From positions 920,007 to 984,006 of the forward strand of contig JACROE010000002.1 of the NCBI GenBank assembly GCA_016214565.1: DNA of 64,000 nt, given 5' to 3'. The notes below the pieces were generated by a model. The model searched no databases and was not told the DNA's origin. It was given only the letters and a program-made list of their open reading frames with translations. Below are positions 1 through 9,926 of this stretch, in pieces (position 1 is the stretch's first letter; every line of letters begins with the position of its first letter). The DNA comes from Candidatus Kerfeldbacteria bacterium (GTDB taxonomy: Bacteria > Patescibacteriota > Patescibacteriia > UBA10025 > JAHIVO01). The translations under genes were made by a program, and so were the position numbers.

Positions 1-2
1 CG

Positions 3-1019
3 AGACAACGGCGGTCAATTTTTTCGCCGAACTTGATTGTTTCACTTGCGCTTAGCGTTGGGATTATTGTTTCACTAGGGTATTGGCTTAAACAATATCC
101 GCTTTCTGGCGTGCTGATGCAGCCAGTAATTTTGGGGTTATTGTATGTTGGAATTTTTGCTGCCGTTGCAATTATTGTGACGTGGTTATCAGAGTACTGG
201 GGGATTGCCTCGCAAGCCGCACTGTGGTCAGCGCTGGTATTCGGCTTGATGGTTTGTATTGCTATTACGATCGTGTATGACCTTGATAAGGTCTTGATAC
301 CGTTTCACGCGATTGTACTCGGTACATTGATTGCCGCCGTACTAATGAAATTTTGGTCACGACTGCCGGTTTTTTTGAAAAAGACGATCATCTACGGCTT
401 TACCATGGTTACCACCTGGTCAGCACTGCACGGCAAAGAACTATTTAGGTTTATCCAGCCGGATGCTTGTTTGTATCTGACGCGCGATACCACGCCGCTG
501 GTGGGTGAACTAGCGCATTGCCAGCAGTTGGCATTTTTTAATCCACTGCTGTGGCCTATTTATTTTATTATGCTGGTGGGCGTTACCTCTGGTATTTATT
601 TTCTTGGGCGGTATTGGCGGAATCAAGGAAGTACGCTTGGCCGAAAACTTGTCGTATCAGCTGCATTCGCCGCCATTCCACTACTGTCACTGAGTTTTCA
701 CGATATTAATAATTATGGGGCCATAGATATTATTTCTTGGAAGCCAGAGATTTATCAGGCGTATCAAGAAATCCTCGGACGAGACCCCGAATTCAAGGAC
801 ATCGATTTTTATACGTACACTCGAGCCTATCGCTCAATGAGTCGGGTGAAGGAAGTGCTGTATCGTTCGTATGAGCGTACCTTGGTCATCGACAAATTGC
901 ATCAAATGATGTTAAGCCGTCCCGCCAGTGATGCTGAGATCGATCATTTTGTCGAAACGCGGCAGTCTGTGCTAGAGATACGCCATGAGCTGGAGCGGCA
1001 GGCAGGGCTTACTGAATAA
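3..1019 (+). CDS. Polytopic membrane protein with C-terminal DUF4214-like repeats; probably 5'-truncated by the window edge
   Basis: Frame is open from base 3; about 7 hydrophobic segments; two copies of a YQEILGRDPE / HQMMLSRPAS motif near the C-terminus. Confidence 0.6.
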   Translation, partial: RQRRSIFSPNLIVSLALSVGIIVSLGYWLKQYPLSGVLMQPVILGLLYVGIFAAVAIIVTWLSEYWGIASQAALWSALVFGLMVCIAITIVYDLDKVLIPFHAIVLGTLIAAVLMKFWSRLPVFLKKTIIYGFTMVTTWSALHGKELFRFIQPDACLYLTRDTTPLVGELAHCQQLAFFNPLLWPIYFIMLVGVTSGIYFLGRYWRNQGSTLGRKLVVSAAFAAIPLLSLSFHDINNYGAIDIISWKPEIYQAYQEILGRDPEFKDIDFYTYTRAYRSMSRVKEVLYRSYERTLVIDKLHQMMLSRPASDAEIDHFVETRQSVLEIRHELERQAGLTE

Positions 1020-1033
1020 TTTTTTTACTCTTT

Positions 1034-2188
1034 ATGCCTCGAATAACGATGTATAATACAATTCTGGTCATCATCATTTTTTTGCTGGTCCTTCCGATAA
1101 TGACTCGGGCATCGGGTCAGTCCACACACGAAATTGGTTTAACCTTAGTACCGGCTGATATTCGCGGGGAAAAGATTTATCAGACGAATCACGCAGTGCT
1201 CACATTGCCAACCTGGAAAGTAAAAACCTGGGGAACTATTACCATCCCTGATAATTGGGGGGAGGAGCAGTTGTATATTGAATTGTGGGACAATAGTAAT
1301 CATCGCATTCCAAACTTTACTGCCCGTCGGTTGACTGACCGTACAATAAATATTTCGGGTCTTGATACGACATTGCATCCATCGTTTCGCATCATTATTT
1401 TTCAGGCCCAAAGCAAAATTACGTGGCCGACTGCTCCAGTGCGAGTAACCTATACCGAAGCGGTGAATACACGCTTGATCGTCCTCGCCGCACTGATTGG
1501 CGGGGGGCTGCTTATGCTGGTTGCCCTGAGCGTCTGGAAAAGAGTAACGGCAATGGTTTTTTGGGACATGACCAAATCGTTATTGAGGCGTGATACGATT
1601 GAACCCTCTGTGCGGAGTGCGTTGGCACTCATTTGGATTACTATTGTTTGGTCAGCAATATTTAGCATTGCTTTAGGAAGTTTTAGTGGCTGGTATCAGA
1701 TATTATTTCTTTTCATTAAATTACCCTTTTTATTGCTCTGCTCTCTGTTACTTTCTATTGCCGCCAATGTTGTTTTTGCCCGATTACTCGGAGTGACCAC
1801 TGCCGTTCGTGAAATAGCAGTTCATGCCCTGCAGTGGGTTGCAGTCTGCGCGATCACCCTAGCCGCATTAGCGCCGATTATTGGGTATGCCAGCATTACT
1901 CATTTTGGACACGACACGGCTTTGCTCTGGGCACTGGGATTATTTGGCTGCGCGTACCTGGTGAGTATTATTCGACAATACAGCCAATATCTGACCTGGG
2001 GTGTGCGGCATACTATTGTGTTAATTGGTATTTGGATGGTGCTGTATGGAGTGGTTTTATTGCAGCTTGGCTGGATGCTTCGTCCGTGGGTGGGAGTGCT
2101 TGACCCAGTGTATCAATCTTTGCCATTTTCGCGATTGTACAGCGGAAATGTATTTGAAGAAATTTTATCAACTATTAATCGGCTCTAA
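1034..2188 (+). CDS. Membrane protein with an exported N-terminal domain and a Yip1-like multi-TM C-terminal domain
   Basis: Signal peptide; five TM segments ending in QLGWMLRPWVG. Confidence 0.6.
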   Translation: MPRITMYNTILVIIIFLLVLPIMTRASGQSTHEIGLTLVPADIRGEKIYQTNHAVLTLPTWKVKTWGTITIPDNWGEEQLYIELWDNSNHRIPNFTARRLTDRTINISGLDTTLHPSFRIIIFQAQSKITWPTAPVRVTYTEAVNTRLIVLAALIGGGLLMLVALSVWKRVTAMVFWDMTKSLLRRDTIEPSVRSALALIWITIVWSAIFSIALGSFSGWYQILFLFIKLPFLLLCSLLLSIAANVVFARLLGVTTAVREIAVHALQWVAVCAITLAALAPIIGYASITHFGHDTALLWALGLFGCAYLVSIIRQYSQYLTWGVRHTIVLIGIWMVLYGVVLLQLGWMLRPWVGVLDPVYQSLPFSRLYSGNVFEEILSTINRL

Positions 2189-2209
2189 AGCCGGGAAAGG
2201 AACATATAT

Positions 2210-2800
2210 ATGTTCGGAACGTCACTACTTCTCAAAAATAAACAAGCGGTTTTTGAGTCAAAAAATCAAGCAGGCCTATGGAAGCGGTACGTCCTTGAAT
2301 TTTTTATCGTCGGCGTTGTAGGCATTGCTGTATTTGGCGCGTTATCCGTGACTGATTTCACGTGGCAAAGCGTCGGTGAGCGAATGTGGAAAGTCCTCGT
2401 TGTCTACTGGGATTCTCTGCTCATTTGTCTGCCGTCACTATTTGTCTTTAGCATCATACGCGGCTCCCGCATTACGTTGGCTGAATTGCTGTTCTATGTG
2501 GTTGGCGCTATGGCAATTATTGGTGTCGTACTTTTATCAATTGCGCCGATTATTGGTTTTTTTGCCTGGACCACCGACATTCCTGAAACCATGCAATTTA
2601 TCAGCGTTGTTGTAGGAGGGATCGCGCTTATTTTTGGCATCAATTATATCGGTCAGGGATACACCTTTATTCACGGGCTCCGACCATCGGGCGATATGGC
2701 AAAGAAGTTAAGCAAAGACTTTTTACTCCTTTGGTTTATCCTACTTGCCGCTGTCATGCTGCAAATGGCAAATCAGCTAGGGCTGCTTGGGCAGGCATAA
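2210..2800 (+). CDS. Yip1-like 5-TM membrane protein, apparent paralog of the upstream gene's C-terminal domain
   Basis: KVLVVYWDSLLICLPSL aligns with KLPFLLLCSLLLS; LLSIAPIIGF aligns with LAALAPIIGY; AAGGAA upstream. Confidence 0.65.
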   Translation: MFGTSLLLKNKQAVFESKNQAGLWKRYVLEFFIVGVVGIAVFGALSVTDFTWQSVGERMWKVLVVYWDSLLICLPSLFVFSIIRGSRITLAELLFYVVGAMAIIGVVLLSIAPIIGFFAWTTDIPETMQFISVVVGGIALIFGINYIGQGYTFIHGLRPSGDMAKKLSKDFLLLWFILLAAVMLQMANQLGLLGQA

Positions 2801-2835
2801 TACTTCATAAAAACAAGCCTTTTTCAGTCGCACTC

Positions 2836-2864
2836 TTGACAGAGCGGATTATTCGTGATATACA
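2836..2864 (+). promoter_or_regulatory. Putative sigma70 promoter
   Basis: TTGACA-17bp-TATACA. Confidence 0.5.
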
Positions 2865-2981
2865 TACTGGTAAAATAAAAAAATTCAAAATGTTCTCTAC
2901 AAAGGAGTATATACGAAACGTATCAAAGATTATCTGAAGTTCAGTATTAACCGTTACATTGGCGGACAGATCACGTGCCTC

Positions 2982-3413
2982 GTGAGCGGTGTCGTCGGCG
3001 GTTCGCTGGCAAGTCTCTGGACAGCGGATATCTGGAAAATTATTTATGTTGCGTCATTATGTGACGTGCTGGGATTTTACGGATATTTTGTTATTCGAGA
3101 TCTGATTCATTTCAGTAAGAAAATGCATCATTTGGTCGGTTTGAACAAATACGTTGCTGTTGTCTGGACTACCATTCAGGCACTTACAGTGGAATTTGGT
3201 GTTTCTGAAGCCGTTGACACGGTCTTTGTTCGACCGGCGTGCATATTCTTCGCTGGAAAATTTGTTGATTCGTTGTTGCTACAGTGTTTGCTCGGAATCG
3301 CTTTTTCTGATTTATGGATGATGGGCGTGTGTCCACTTTTTTACCGAGCGCGTATGCGTTTGGTTGAGCAAAAACTGCAGCATAAGGTTGAACGTAAGGT
3401 CGAGAGCATGTAA
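2982..3413 (+). CDS. Hypothetical membrane protein; start codon uncertain
   Basis: Hydrophobic 143-aa ORF; frame is open back to about 2874 without an ATG. Confidence 0.55.
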   Translation: MSGVVGGSLASLWTADIWKIIYVASLCDVLGFYGYFVIRDLIHFSKKMHHLVGLNKYVAVVWTTIQALTVEFGVSEAVDTVFVRPACIFFAGKFVDSLLLQCLLGIAFSDLWMMGVCPLFYRARMRLVEQKLQHKVERKVESM

Positions 3414-3469
3414 TGCTTTCGACCTTCTTTTTTTATCCAGATTTTGATTATTATGGTATAATAGCAATT

Positions 3470-3946
3470 ATGGAGGCAGTCCTAAATGTGAAACAAGTTA
3501 GAAATACTTTGATTGATCAGCGATCTGGCTTTACCTTGGTTGAACTTTTAGTAGTTATTGGCTTGATTGCAATGATTGGCATTTTTAGCGCACCGGTGTA
3601 TCAAAATTTTCAAAATCGAACAGATGTTGATATTGCAGCAGCAACGCTCACGAACAGTTTTCGATTAGCCCAAGCGCATGCCATGGATATGGTAGGGGAT
3701 CAATCGTGGGGAGTGCACCTGAGCGTCGGTACTATAGTTATTTTTCGGGGCGCCTCGTATGCGACTCGAGACGTTCCTTTTGATGATGTATATACCATTT
3801 CTTCAGATGTGCAATTGACTGGGCTATCTGAAGTCGTATTTAGTAAAATGCACGGGCTACCTTCGACTATTGGTTCGGTTACCATGCAGGAGACGGGTCG
3901 AAGCATGACGGTGAGTCTTAATTCGCTCGGGGTAGTGAGTTTTTAA
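3470..3946 (+). CDS. Type IV minor pilin (FimT/GspH-like)
   Basis: Class III signal peptide G|FTLVELLVVI; GGAGG before GTG 3488 gives an alternative start. Confidence 0.85.
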   Translation: MEAVLNVKQVRNTLIDQRSGFTLVELLVVIGLIAMIGIFSAPVYQNFQNRTDVDIAAATLTNSFRLAQAHAMDMVGDQSWGVHLSVGTIVIFRGASYATRDVPFDDVYTISSDVQLTGLSEVVFSKMHGLPSTIGSVTMQETGRSMTVSLNSLGVVSF

Positions 3947-3947
3947 T

Positions 3948-5348
3948 ATGCGCATACTATTAAAAAACCAACAAGGCGTTTCGCTTTTGGAGGTTCTCAT
4001 CGCCGGTGGAATTTTTGCACTTGTCATCACCGTATTAGTTGGTGGCTATATCACGATACAGAGTACTAGCGTTTTGGCTGGTTCGCGTGAGCGTGCCATT
4101 GCGCTGGCCGAAGAAGGCATTGAGGCAGTACGGAGCATTCGGGATTCCGCATATTTAGAATTGATTCCTGGAGTGCACGGGTTGCAGCTGAGTGGTGGGC
4201 ACTGGACGTTTGCGGGCACATTCGATACTCGTGAAATTTTTTCACGCTCAATTACTTTGAGCGCCATTGACGCTAATACCATGCGAGTCGAATCCAGGGT
4301 TGCCTGGGATCAAACGCGAACTCGCCCGGGTGAAATCGTGTTTACCACTGATTTAACTAATTGGCATCGCGTGATCAGCGGGGGGTGGAGCGTGCCAAGC
4401 CTTGAATCATCAATTGATTTAAGTAATACGCAAGATGGGCTTGATGTCGAGGCGAGTGGTGATTACGCATACATTGTGCGCAATGGTGGAACTGCGGATT
4501 ATCAGATTATGAATATTACTAATACCGCCACTCCGACCATCGCTGGCACCATAAATACGAGCGGGAATCCATTTCACATTACCGTTAGTTCCAATTATTC
4601 ATATGTGACCACTGCCAGCAATACCCAGGAGCTGGTGATAATAAACCATAGCAATCCAGTGACGCCATCGATTGTTGGCACGTTTAATCCTGCCGGCAAC
4701 GCTGATGGGCAGGCGATCGCGGTGGCCGGTACGCACGCGTATATGTCCCGAGCCGTCAGTACCGACCCTGAATTTTATGTGGTGGATGTTGCCAATCCCG
4801 CCGCGCCAGCTGCTAGTGGCAGCCTACAATTTGCTTCATTGATATCAGATTTAGTGGTGGTAGGCAACTATGCCTATGCGGCCACAGCCAGCAATACCCA
4901 GGAATTACTGGTTATCAATGTAGCGAATCCAGCAGCACCTACGATTGCTGGCGCAGCGAATTTAACGGGTATTACTGATGCTATTTCTGTCGCAGCGGTT
5001 AATAATATTCTTTTGATTGGACGGACAAATGGATTGGTGCATATCATCGACATTACTACTCCAACGGCGCCGGTTGAGCGTGGGGTCTATAACGCGCAAG
5101 GCACCGTACCATCGATCGCCATAAAAAATGACGCCAGTCTTGGTTTCCTGGGCACGGGCTTTGCGACTGCTGAATTTCAAGTAATTGATTTGGCCGACCT
5201 GACCGCTCCAGTACTCTACAGCAGCGTTGATTATCCGCCAGCGGTTGCTGGACTTATTAATGGTATGTATTATCACGCAGTAAAAGATCGCGCCATCGGC
5301 GTCGGCCCGGATAATGCTGCGGAGTTTTTCATTTTCAAACCTCAATGA
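3948..5348 (+). CDS. PilV-like pilin fused to an LVIVD-repeat beta-propeller
   Basis: G|VSLLEVLIA prepilin motif; several repeats of the VxGNYAY...LxVIDVxNPxxP type. Confidence 0.85.
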   Translation: MRILLKNQQGVSLLEVLIAGGIFALVITVLVGGYITIQSTSVLAGSRERAIALAEEGIEAVRSIRDSAYLELIPGVHGLQLSGGHWTFAGTFDTREIFSRSITLSAIDANTMRVESRVAWDQTRTRPGEIVFTTDLTNWHRVISGGWSVPSLESSIDLSNTQDGLDVEASGDYAYIVRNGGTADYQIMNITNTATPTIAGTINTSGNPFHITVSSNYSYVTTASNTQELVIINHSNPVTPSIVGTFNPAGNADGQAIAVAGTHAYMSRAVSTDPEFYVVDVANPAAPAASGSLQFASLISDLVVVGNYAYAATASNTQELLVINVANPAAPTIAGAANLTGITDAISVAAVNNILLIGRTNGLVHIIDITTPTAPVERGVYNAQGTVPSIAIKNDASLGFLGTGFATAEFQVIDLADLTAPVLYSSVDYPPAVAGLINGMYYHAVKDRAIGVGPDNAAEFFIFKPQ

Positions 5349-5866
5349 GGAAGACTTTGTATCATATCAATGCAGAGCAAAAGGGATTTACCCTGATGGA
5401 GATTTTGATTTACTTAGCAATCTCGGGAATCATTATTGCTGGCGTGTCGACGTTGCTCTACGTGATGCTGGGCGCACGGGTTAAACAGCAAACGATTAAT
5501 GAAGTCGAGCAACAAGGAGCATTTATGATGCGATATATTACTCAAGCAGTGCGGAATGCCGATGCGATTACTGAACCGGCGTCAGGTGCTGCGGTGAATC
5601 TAACGCTCAATATGTATGATCTGACGGATGATCCAATGGTGATCAGTTTGACCGGTAACACGCTTTCCGTATCACGTGCTGGCGAACCAGCTATCGCGCT
5701 GCATTCGGATCGCGTCGAAATTGCAAATGTAGCATTTACGAACGTAAGTTATGCGGGGACTCCCGGAGCACTCTCAATCACCTATACGGTGCGCTCGGTC
5801 AATCCCAGTGGGCGTCAAGAGTATTCGTATGAAAAAACTTTTTATGGAAGTGCAACTATTCGCTAA
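5345..5866 (+). CDS. Type IV minor pilin (PilW-like)
   Basis: G|FTLMEILIYLAI motif; ATGA overlap with the upstream gene. Confidence 0.85.
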   Translation: MRKTLYHINAEQKGFTLMEILIYLAISGIIIAGVSTLLYVMLGARVKQQTINEVEQQGAFMMRYITQAVRNADAITEPASGAAVNLTLNMYDLTDDPMVISLTGNTLSVSRAGEPAIALHSDRVEIANVAFTNVSYAGTPGALSITYTVRSVNPSGRQEYSYEKTFYGSATIR

Positions 5867-6272
5867 ATTCAATCCTGTGTCGCATCAGCGTGGGTATGTC
5901 GTGCTGATTAGCATGCTTATTGTCAGTGTAGTTGGCTTAGCCATTGCCTCGAGCATGATGGCAATCAGTATCAGTGGTTCTCAATCAAGTCTCGAACGTG
6001 ATCAAGCTACGAGCGCTCGATATTTAGCCGACGCTTGCGCTGAATACGCGATCAGCCAATTACTTGATGCTAATACGTATGCAGGCAATGAAGTGCGCAC
6101 CCTGGGTGATGGTACTTGCACCATCAGGCCGGTGCTTGGCACCGGTAATACGAATCGAACGGTAGAAACATTTGGTACCGTGGATACCACGATTCGAAAA
6201 ATAAGAGTCGAAATTGCTTCGCTAACCCCCAATGTCGCGCTCACATCGTGGCGGGATGTTGCTGATTTTTGA
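5829..6272 (+). CDS. PilX-like minor pilin
   Basis: RG|YVVLISML lacking Glu5; ARYLADAC motif; last gene of the pilin cluster. Confidence 0.75.
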   Translation: MKKLFMEVQLFAKFNPVSHQRGYVVLISMLIVSVVGLAIASSMMAISISGSQSSLERDQATSARYLADACAEYAISQLLDANTYAGNEVRTLGDGTCTIRPVLGTGNTNRTVETFGTVDTTIRKIRVEIASLTPNVALTSWRDVADF

Positions 6273-6333
6273 AAGAGATGCAGACGTGAGCGCGTATGTA
6301 ATACTATGGGTAATACTCGGTTGATCTAGCCGC

Positions 6334-6915
6334 ATGGAATCAGAAGCCGCAACCAAATCAGACGTTGAATTGGTGCGCTTAAGCCTGTCAGATTCTGATT
6401 GGTACGCTTTTATTGTGCAGCGGTATGAGCAACAGCTGCTCCGGTATATTCGCCGTATTTCTGGTGTTAGCCGAGAGGATGCCGAGGACGTCCTACAGGA
6501 GGTGTTTTTGAAAGCATACCGCAACCTTAACGACTTTGATCAATCTATGAAATTTTCTTCATGGATTTATCGTATCACTCATAATACGGTTATTAGTGAA
6601 CATCGAAAGCGAACTGCTCGTGTTCAATTAGTCGGCGGTGAATCGGCGGAACAATTTTTGGCGCTTGTGGCCGATGACAATCAGGATCCGCACGCGACCG
6701 TAAATGCCCGGTTTGATGCCGATTTAGTCCAGCGCTTACTGAGCCGTATTGAACCGCATTATGCTGAGGTCCTCATGCTTCGCTACATTGAAGAAAAAGA
6801 TTACCAAGAAATATCAGATATTTTGCAAAAACCACCAGGCACGGTAGCAACACTGCTGCACCGCGCCAAAAGCCAATTGCGCACTTTGATCAAAAAGGAG
6901 GGGATACAATTATGA
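6334..6915 (+). CDS. ECF RNA polymerase sigma factor (SigW-like)
   Basis: Region 2 DAEDVLQEVFLKAY...FSSWIYRI; region 4 YQEISDILQKPPGTVATLLHRAK. Confidence 0.93.
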   Translation: MESEAATKSDVELVRLSLSDSDWYAFIVQRYEQQLLRYIRRISGVSREDAEDVLQEVFLKAYRNLNDFDQSMKFSSWIYRITHNTVISEHRKRTARVQLVGGESAEQFLALVADDNQDPHATVNARFDADLVQRLLSRIEPHYAEVLMLRYIEEKDYQEISDILQKPPGTVATLLHRAKSQLRTLIKKEGIQL

Positions 6916-7685
6916 ATGAAATTTCAAGAAAAATAATAGAGGTTATTAAAGCGGAACATATCCAGCCGAAACCGCGCTGGCAATTTTTGGTGCAGCGGTG
7001 GATCGTCTGGGTCGCTTCGGTATTTGCCGTGACGGTCGGGAGCGTTGCATTTAGTGTGATTTTATTCCGCTTGGTTAATAATGATTGGGAAATTATTGAG
7101 TCATTGCCCCGCAGTCCGTTAGAGCATCTCGTCAATACTATGCCGTATATATGGCTGATTGTGCTCATTATTTTCATTGGCATAGCATACTATAACGTAC
7201 GGCATACTCATGGTAGCTACAAATATCATGCTTATTTTATAGTGATTGGGAGTATGGGGTTGAGTCTTATTTTTGGTGGTGTGTTGTATGGTTGTGGTTT
7301 GGGTCCACGCGTTGATGCGTTTGTCAACCAACACATTCCCTTTATGCAGCACATGGCTGACGATCGATATGAAATATGGGTTCAGCCGGAGCAGGGAAGG
7401 TTGGCTGGAGAAATTACTGGTATGTTGAGCGGTGTGGGCATGTTTGAGATTGTTTCATTGGACGGAGAGGAATGGATTATCCGACCTACTACTCAGTATT
7501 TGGCGCCGCCGCAGTATGATCCTCAAACCGGGGATTATATCCGCATTGTCGGCTATACGATTGATCATGATGCGCGGATATTCGGAGCACAGCGCATTAT
7601 GCCGTTATTTTTCGGTCCAGGAATTAATGGTGGGCAATTACCCGTCAGAGGGATGGAATATCATATTCGGGTCATGCCGCAGTAG
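6912..7685 (+). CDS. Putative membrane anti-sigma factor (3 TM plus exterior domain)
   Basis: ATGA-coupled to the ECF sigma gene; three TM helices. Confidence 0.65.
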   Translation: MNEISRKIIEVIKAEHIQPKPRWQFLVQRWIVWVASVFAVTVGSVAFSVILFRLVNNDWEIIESLPRSPLEHLVNTMPYIWLIVLIIFIGIAYYNVRHTHGSYKYHAYFIVIGSMGLSLIFGGVLYGCGLGPRVDAFVNQHIPFMQHMADDRYEIWVQPEQGRLAGEITGMLSGVGMFEIVSLDGEEWIIRPTTQYLAPPQYDPQTGDYIRIVGYTIDHDARIFGAQRIMPLFFGPGINGGQLPVRGMEYHIRVMPQ

Positions 7686-7800
7686 TTTTGGGTAGGAAAC
7701 TCACGCTAAACAATTGAAAAAGTATTTCATGAGATACGTATTAGTGAGTGACAGGGTCGACAGGCTAGCCCCTAATCACTAATCCACTAATACTCACTAC

Positions 7801-8304
7801 ATGAAGAAATACATTTTCGGCGCGATAATCGGCTTGGCAGCATTTATCCTCGTTGGCGGCACCGTCGCTGCGGCGCATGGATTCGGCCACGCTGGGGCGT
7901 CCGAAGATACGGCGCAATTACTCGGGATGACGAATGATCAGCTACAAACTGCGCTGGATGACCAGACATTGCCAGAGCTACTTGATGAAAAAGGCATTAG
8001 TCACGTTGAATTGCAGGAATTCCGCGATGAGCATATGCTCGATGAACGTGCGGCATTACTCGGAATGACGGCTGATGAATTACGCACGGCGCTTGAGAGT
8101 AAATCGTTTGCTGAACTTTTGGATGAAAAAGGAATTTCGCATGTCCAGTTGCACAGTTTCATGCAAACGCAGCATCTCGAACGCGCACAAACGCATTTAC
8201 AGTCTCTGGTTGACGATGGCACTATAACCCAAGAACAAATGGATGCACGACTAGAACAGATGCAGTCAACTGATCGCCCAGGATTAGGGCACGGTCCCAG
8301 ATAA
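7801..8304 (+). CDS. Secreted helical-repeat protein
   Basis: Signal peptide; two ~41-aa repeats LLGMTxDxLxxAL...ELLDEKGISHV; C-terminal LVDDGTITQEQ. Confidence 0.75.
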   Translation: MKKYIFGAIIGLAAFILVGGTVAAAHGFGHAGASEDTAQLLGMTNDQLQTALDDQTLPELLDEKGISHVELQEFRDEHMLDERAALLGMTADELRTALESKSFAELLDEKGISHVQLHSFMQTQHLERAQTHLQSLVDDGTITQEQMDARLEQMQSTDRPGLGHGPR

Positions 8305-8400
8305 CCCCCCCATTGCCCCCCTTATGCCAGACTGGCGCTTGGTTACCCACAAGCGTCGGTTTGGTTTGCGATCGTGCTTCCCCAGTCGTATACTAGTAGC

Positions 8401-9552
8401 ATGGTTTCTTGGTTTACTACACAGCAAGCTAATAGTTATTGGCAGCGATTATTATATGTGTTATTAATTGGCACGCTGAGCGGTTTTGCAGTGCTGATGA
8501 GTCTATGGTGGGGAGAGAGTATGGTTAGTCTTAACTACGAATATGAACGCGCCGGTGAAAATCTAGGGTTGGGTACTCGTCAGATAAAATCCTCAACTGT
8601 TACAATCGTGTTTGCTGGCGATGTGATGCTTGGTCGAGATGTCGAGTCGATCAGTAAACGTCAGCTGAGCTACGACTATCCATTTGTAGCAATGAAGAAT
8701 GTGCTCGCGTCAGCCGATCTAGCTATTGGTAATCTTGAATCACCACTCACCGAAGGAGTAACTGTTCCAACAGAGGCCATGGTATTTCGGGCTGATACGG
8801 AATGGGCCCCTGCTTTAGCAGACGCAGGGTTTGATTTGCTGGGGTTGGCTAATAATCACATACCTAATCAAGGTGAGCGAGGAATTGTTGATACGATCGA
8901 TGCGCTTGATCGCGCTCAGATTGTCCATAGTGGAGCAGGGGTAACGGTATCTGCTGCGAAGGCACCCGCGTATGTCACCCGTGATAATTGTACAGTAGCG
9001 ATGCTTGCGTATAATGACACCGATGTGGCTCCTGACGGGTATTTTGCACGCGATGATCATGCTGGTACCGCGCTTATGGACGCGGCGACGGTATCCGCTG
9101 ATATTGCGCGGGCTAAAGAAAATTCAGACTGGGTGGTCGTGATGATGCACAGCGGTAGTGAATATACGGTTCAGCCTAATACTCGGCAAATTGAATTTGC
9201 CCACGCCGCGATTGATGGCGGTGCTGATATGGTTATTGGGCACCATCCACACGTCGTTCAATCTGCTGAAGTATATCGGGGGAAATACATATTTTATAGT
9301 TTAGGAAATTTTATTTTTGACCAGATGTGGTCAATGGAAACTCGTCAGGGTTTGGCTCTGGAGACCACAGTGGTTGATGATCTACTTACTCAGATTAGGT
9401 TGATACCCATCCAAATAGAGAATTACTCCCAGCCACATATCATTACTGATGAACGGATTGCACATCAAGTACTTGATCGATTGGCTATCGCGTATTCAGG
9501 CGATAGCGCAGGGGATTGGGTTGTGGATATGTCTATTGAGAGCAATTATTGA
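8401..9552 (+). CDS. CapA-family metallophosphoesterase
   Basis: FAGDVMLGR, GNLE, LANNH, HSGxE, GHHPHV and YSLGNFIFDQ motifs. Confidence 0.92.
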   Translation: MVSWFTTQQANSYWQRLLYVLLIGTLSGFAVLMSLWWGESMVSLNYEYERAGENLGLGTRQIKSSTVTIVFAGDVMLGRDVESISKRQLSYDYPFVAMKNVLASADLAIGNLESPLTEGVTVPTEAMVFRADTEWAPALADAGFDLLGLANNHIPNQGERGIVDTIDALDRAQIVHSGAGVTVSAAKAPAYVTRDNCTVAMLAYNDTDVAPDGYFARDDHAGTALMDAATVSADIARAKENSDWVVVMMHSGSEYTVQPNTRQIEFAHAAIDGGADMVIGHHPHVVQSAEVYRGKYIFYSLGNFIFDQMWSMETRQGLALETTVVDDLLTQIRLIPIQIENYSQPHIITDERIAHQVLDRLAIAYSGDSAGDWVVDMSIESNY

Positions 9553-9577
9553 CAAAATATCCCCCACCGTATATACT
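9549..9577 (+). promoter_or_regulatory. Putative sigma70 promoter
   Basis: TTGACA-17bp-TATACT. Confidence 0.7.
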
Positions 9578-9639
9578 CCTTAAATAATCGTACATTAGAC
9601 ATATTTATTTCACCCTATCACCGCACGGAGGAGCTATAC

Positions 9640-9828
9640 ATGCAGCCGCTCAGCAAGAAAACCGCCATAGATGGCACCAAGAATCACGAAAAGCATGACC
9701 AGATGATACTCTCTGCATCAGAACATTGTTCACGATGTGGGGCCCATCATGGTCCCGTCAAAGCCCACCAATGCACAACTCTGGGATATCCCGGAAAGCG
9801 CACGGTGCGGCCACAATTGCACCTTTAA
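9640..9828 (+). CDS. Small Cys/His-rich hypothetical protein
   Basis: GGAGGAG RBS, upstream promoter and downstream hairpin; HCSRCGAHH...HQC motif. Confidence 0.55.
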   Translation: MQPLSKKTAIDGTKNHEKHDQMILSASEHCSRCGAHHGPVKAHQCTTLGYPGKRTVRPQLHL

Positions 9829-9926
9829 CAATTCGTTCTCAAGACCAAAACAAAAAACCATTACGCCTGTCTGACATTGTGTCACACAGGTGTTTTTAAT
9901 TCTCAGCTGTTATCGGATCGCAATAG

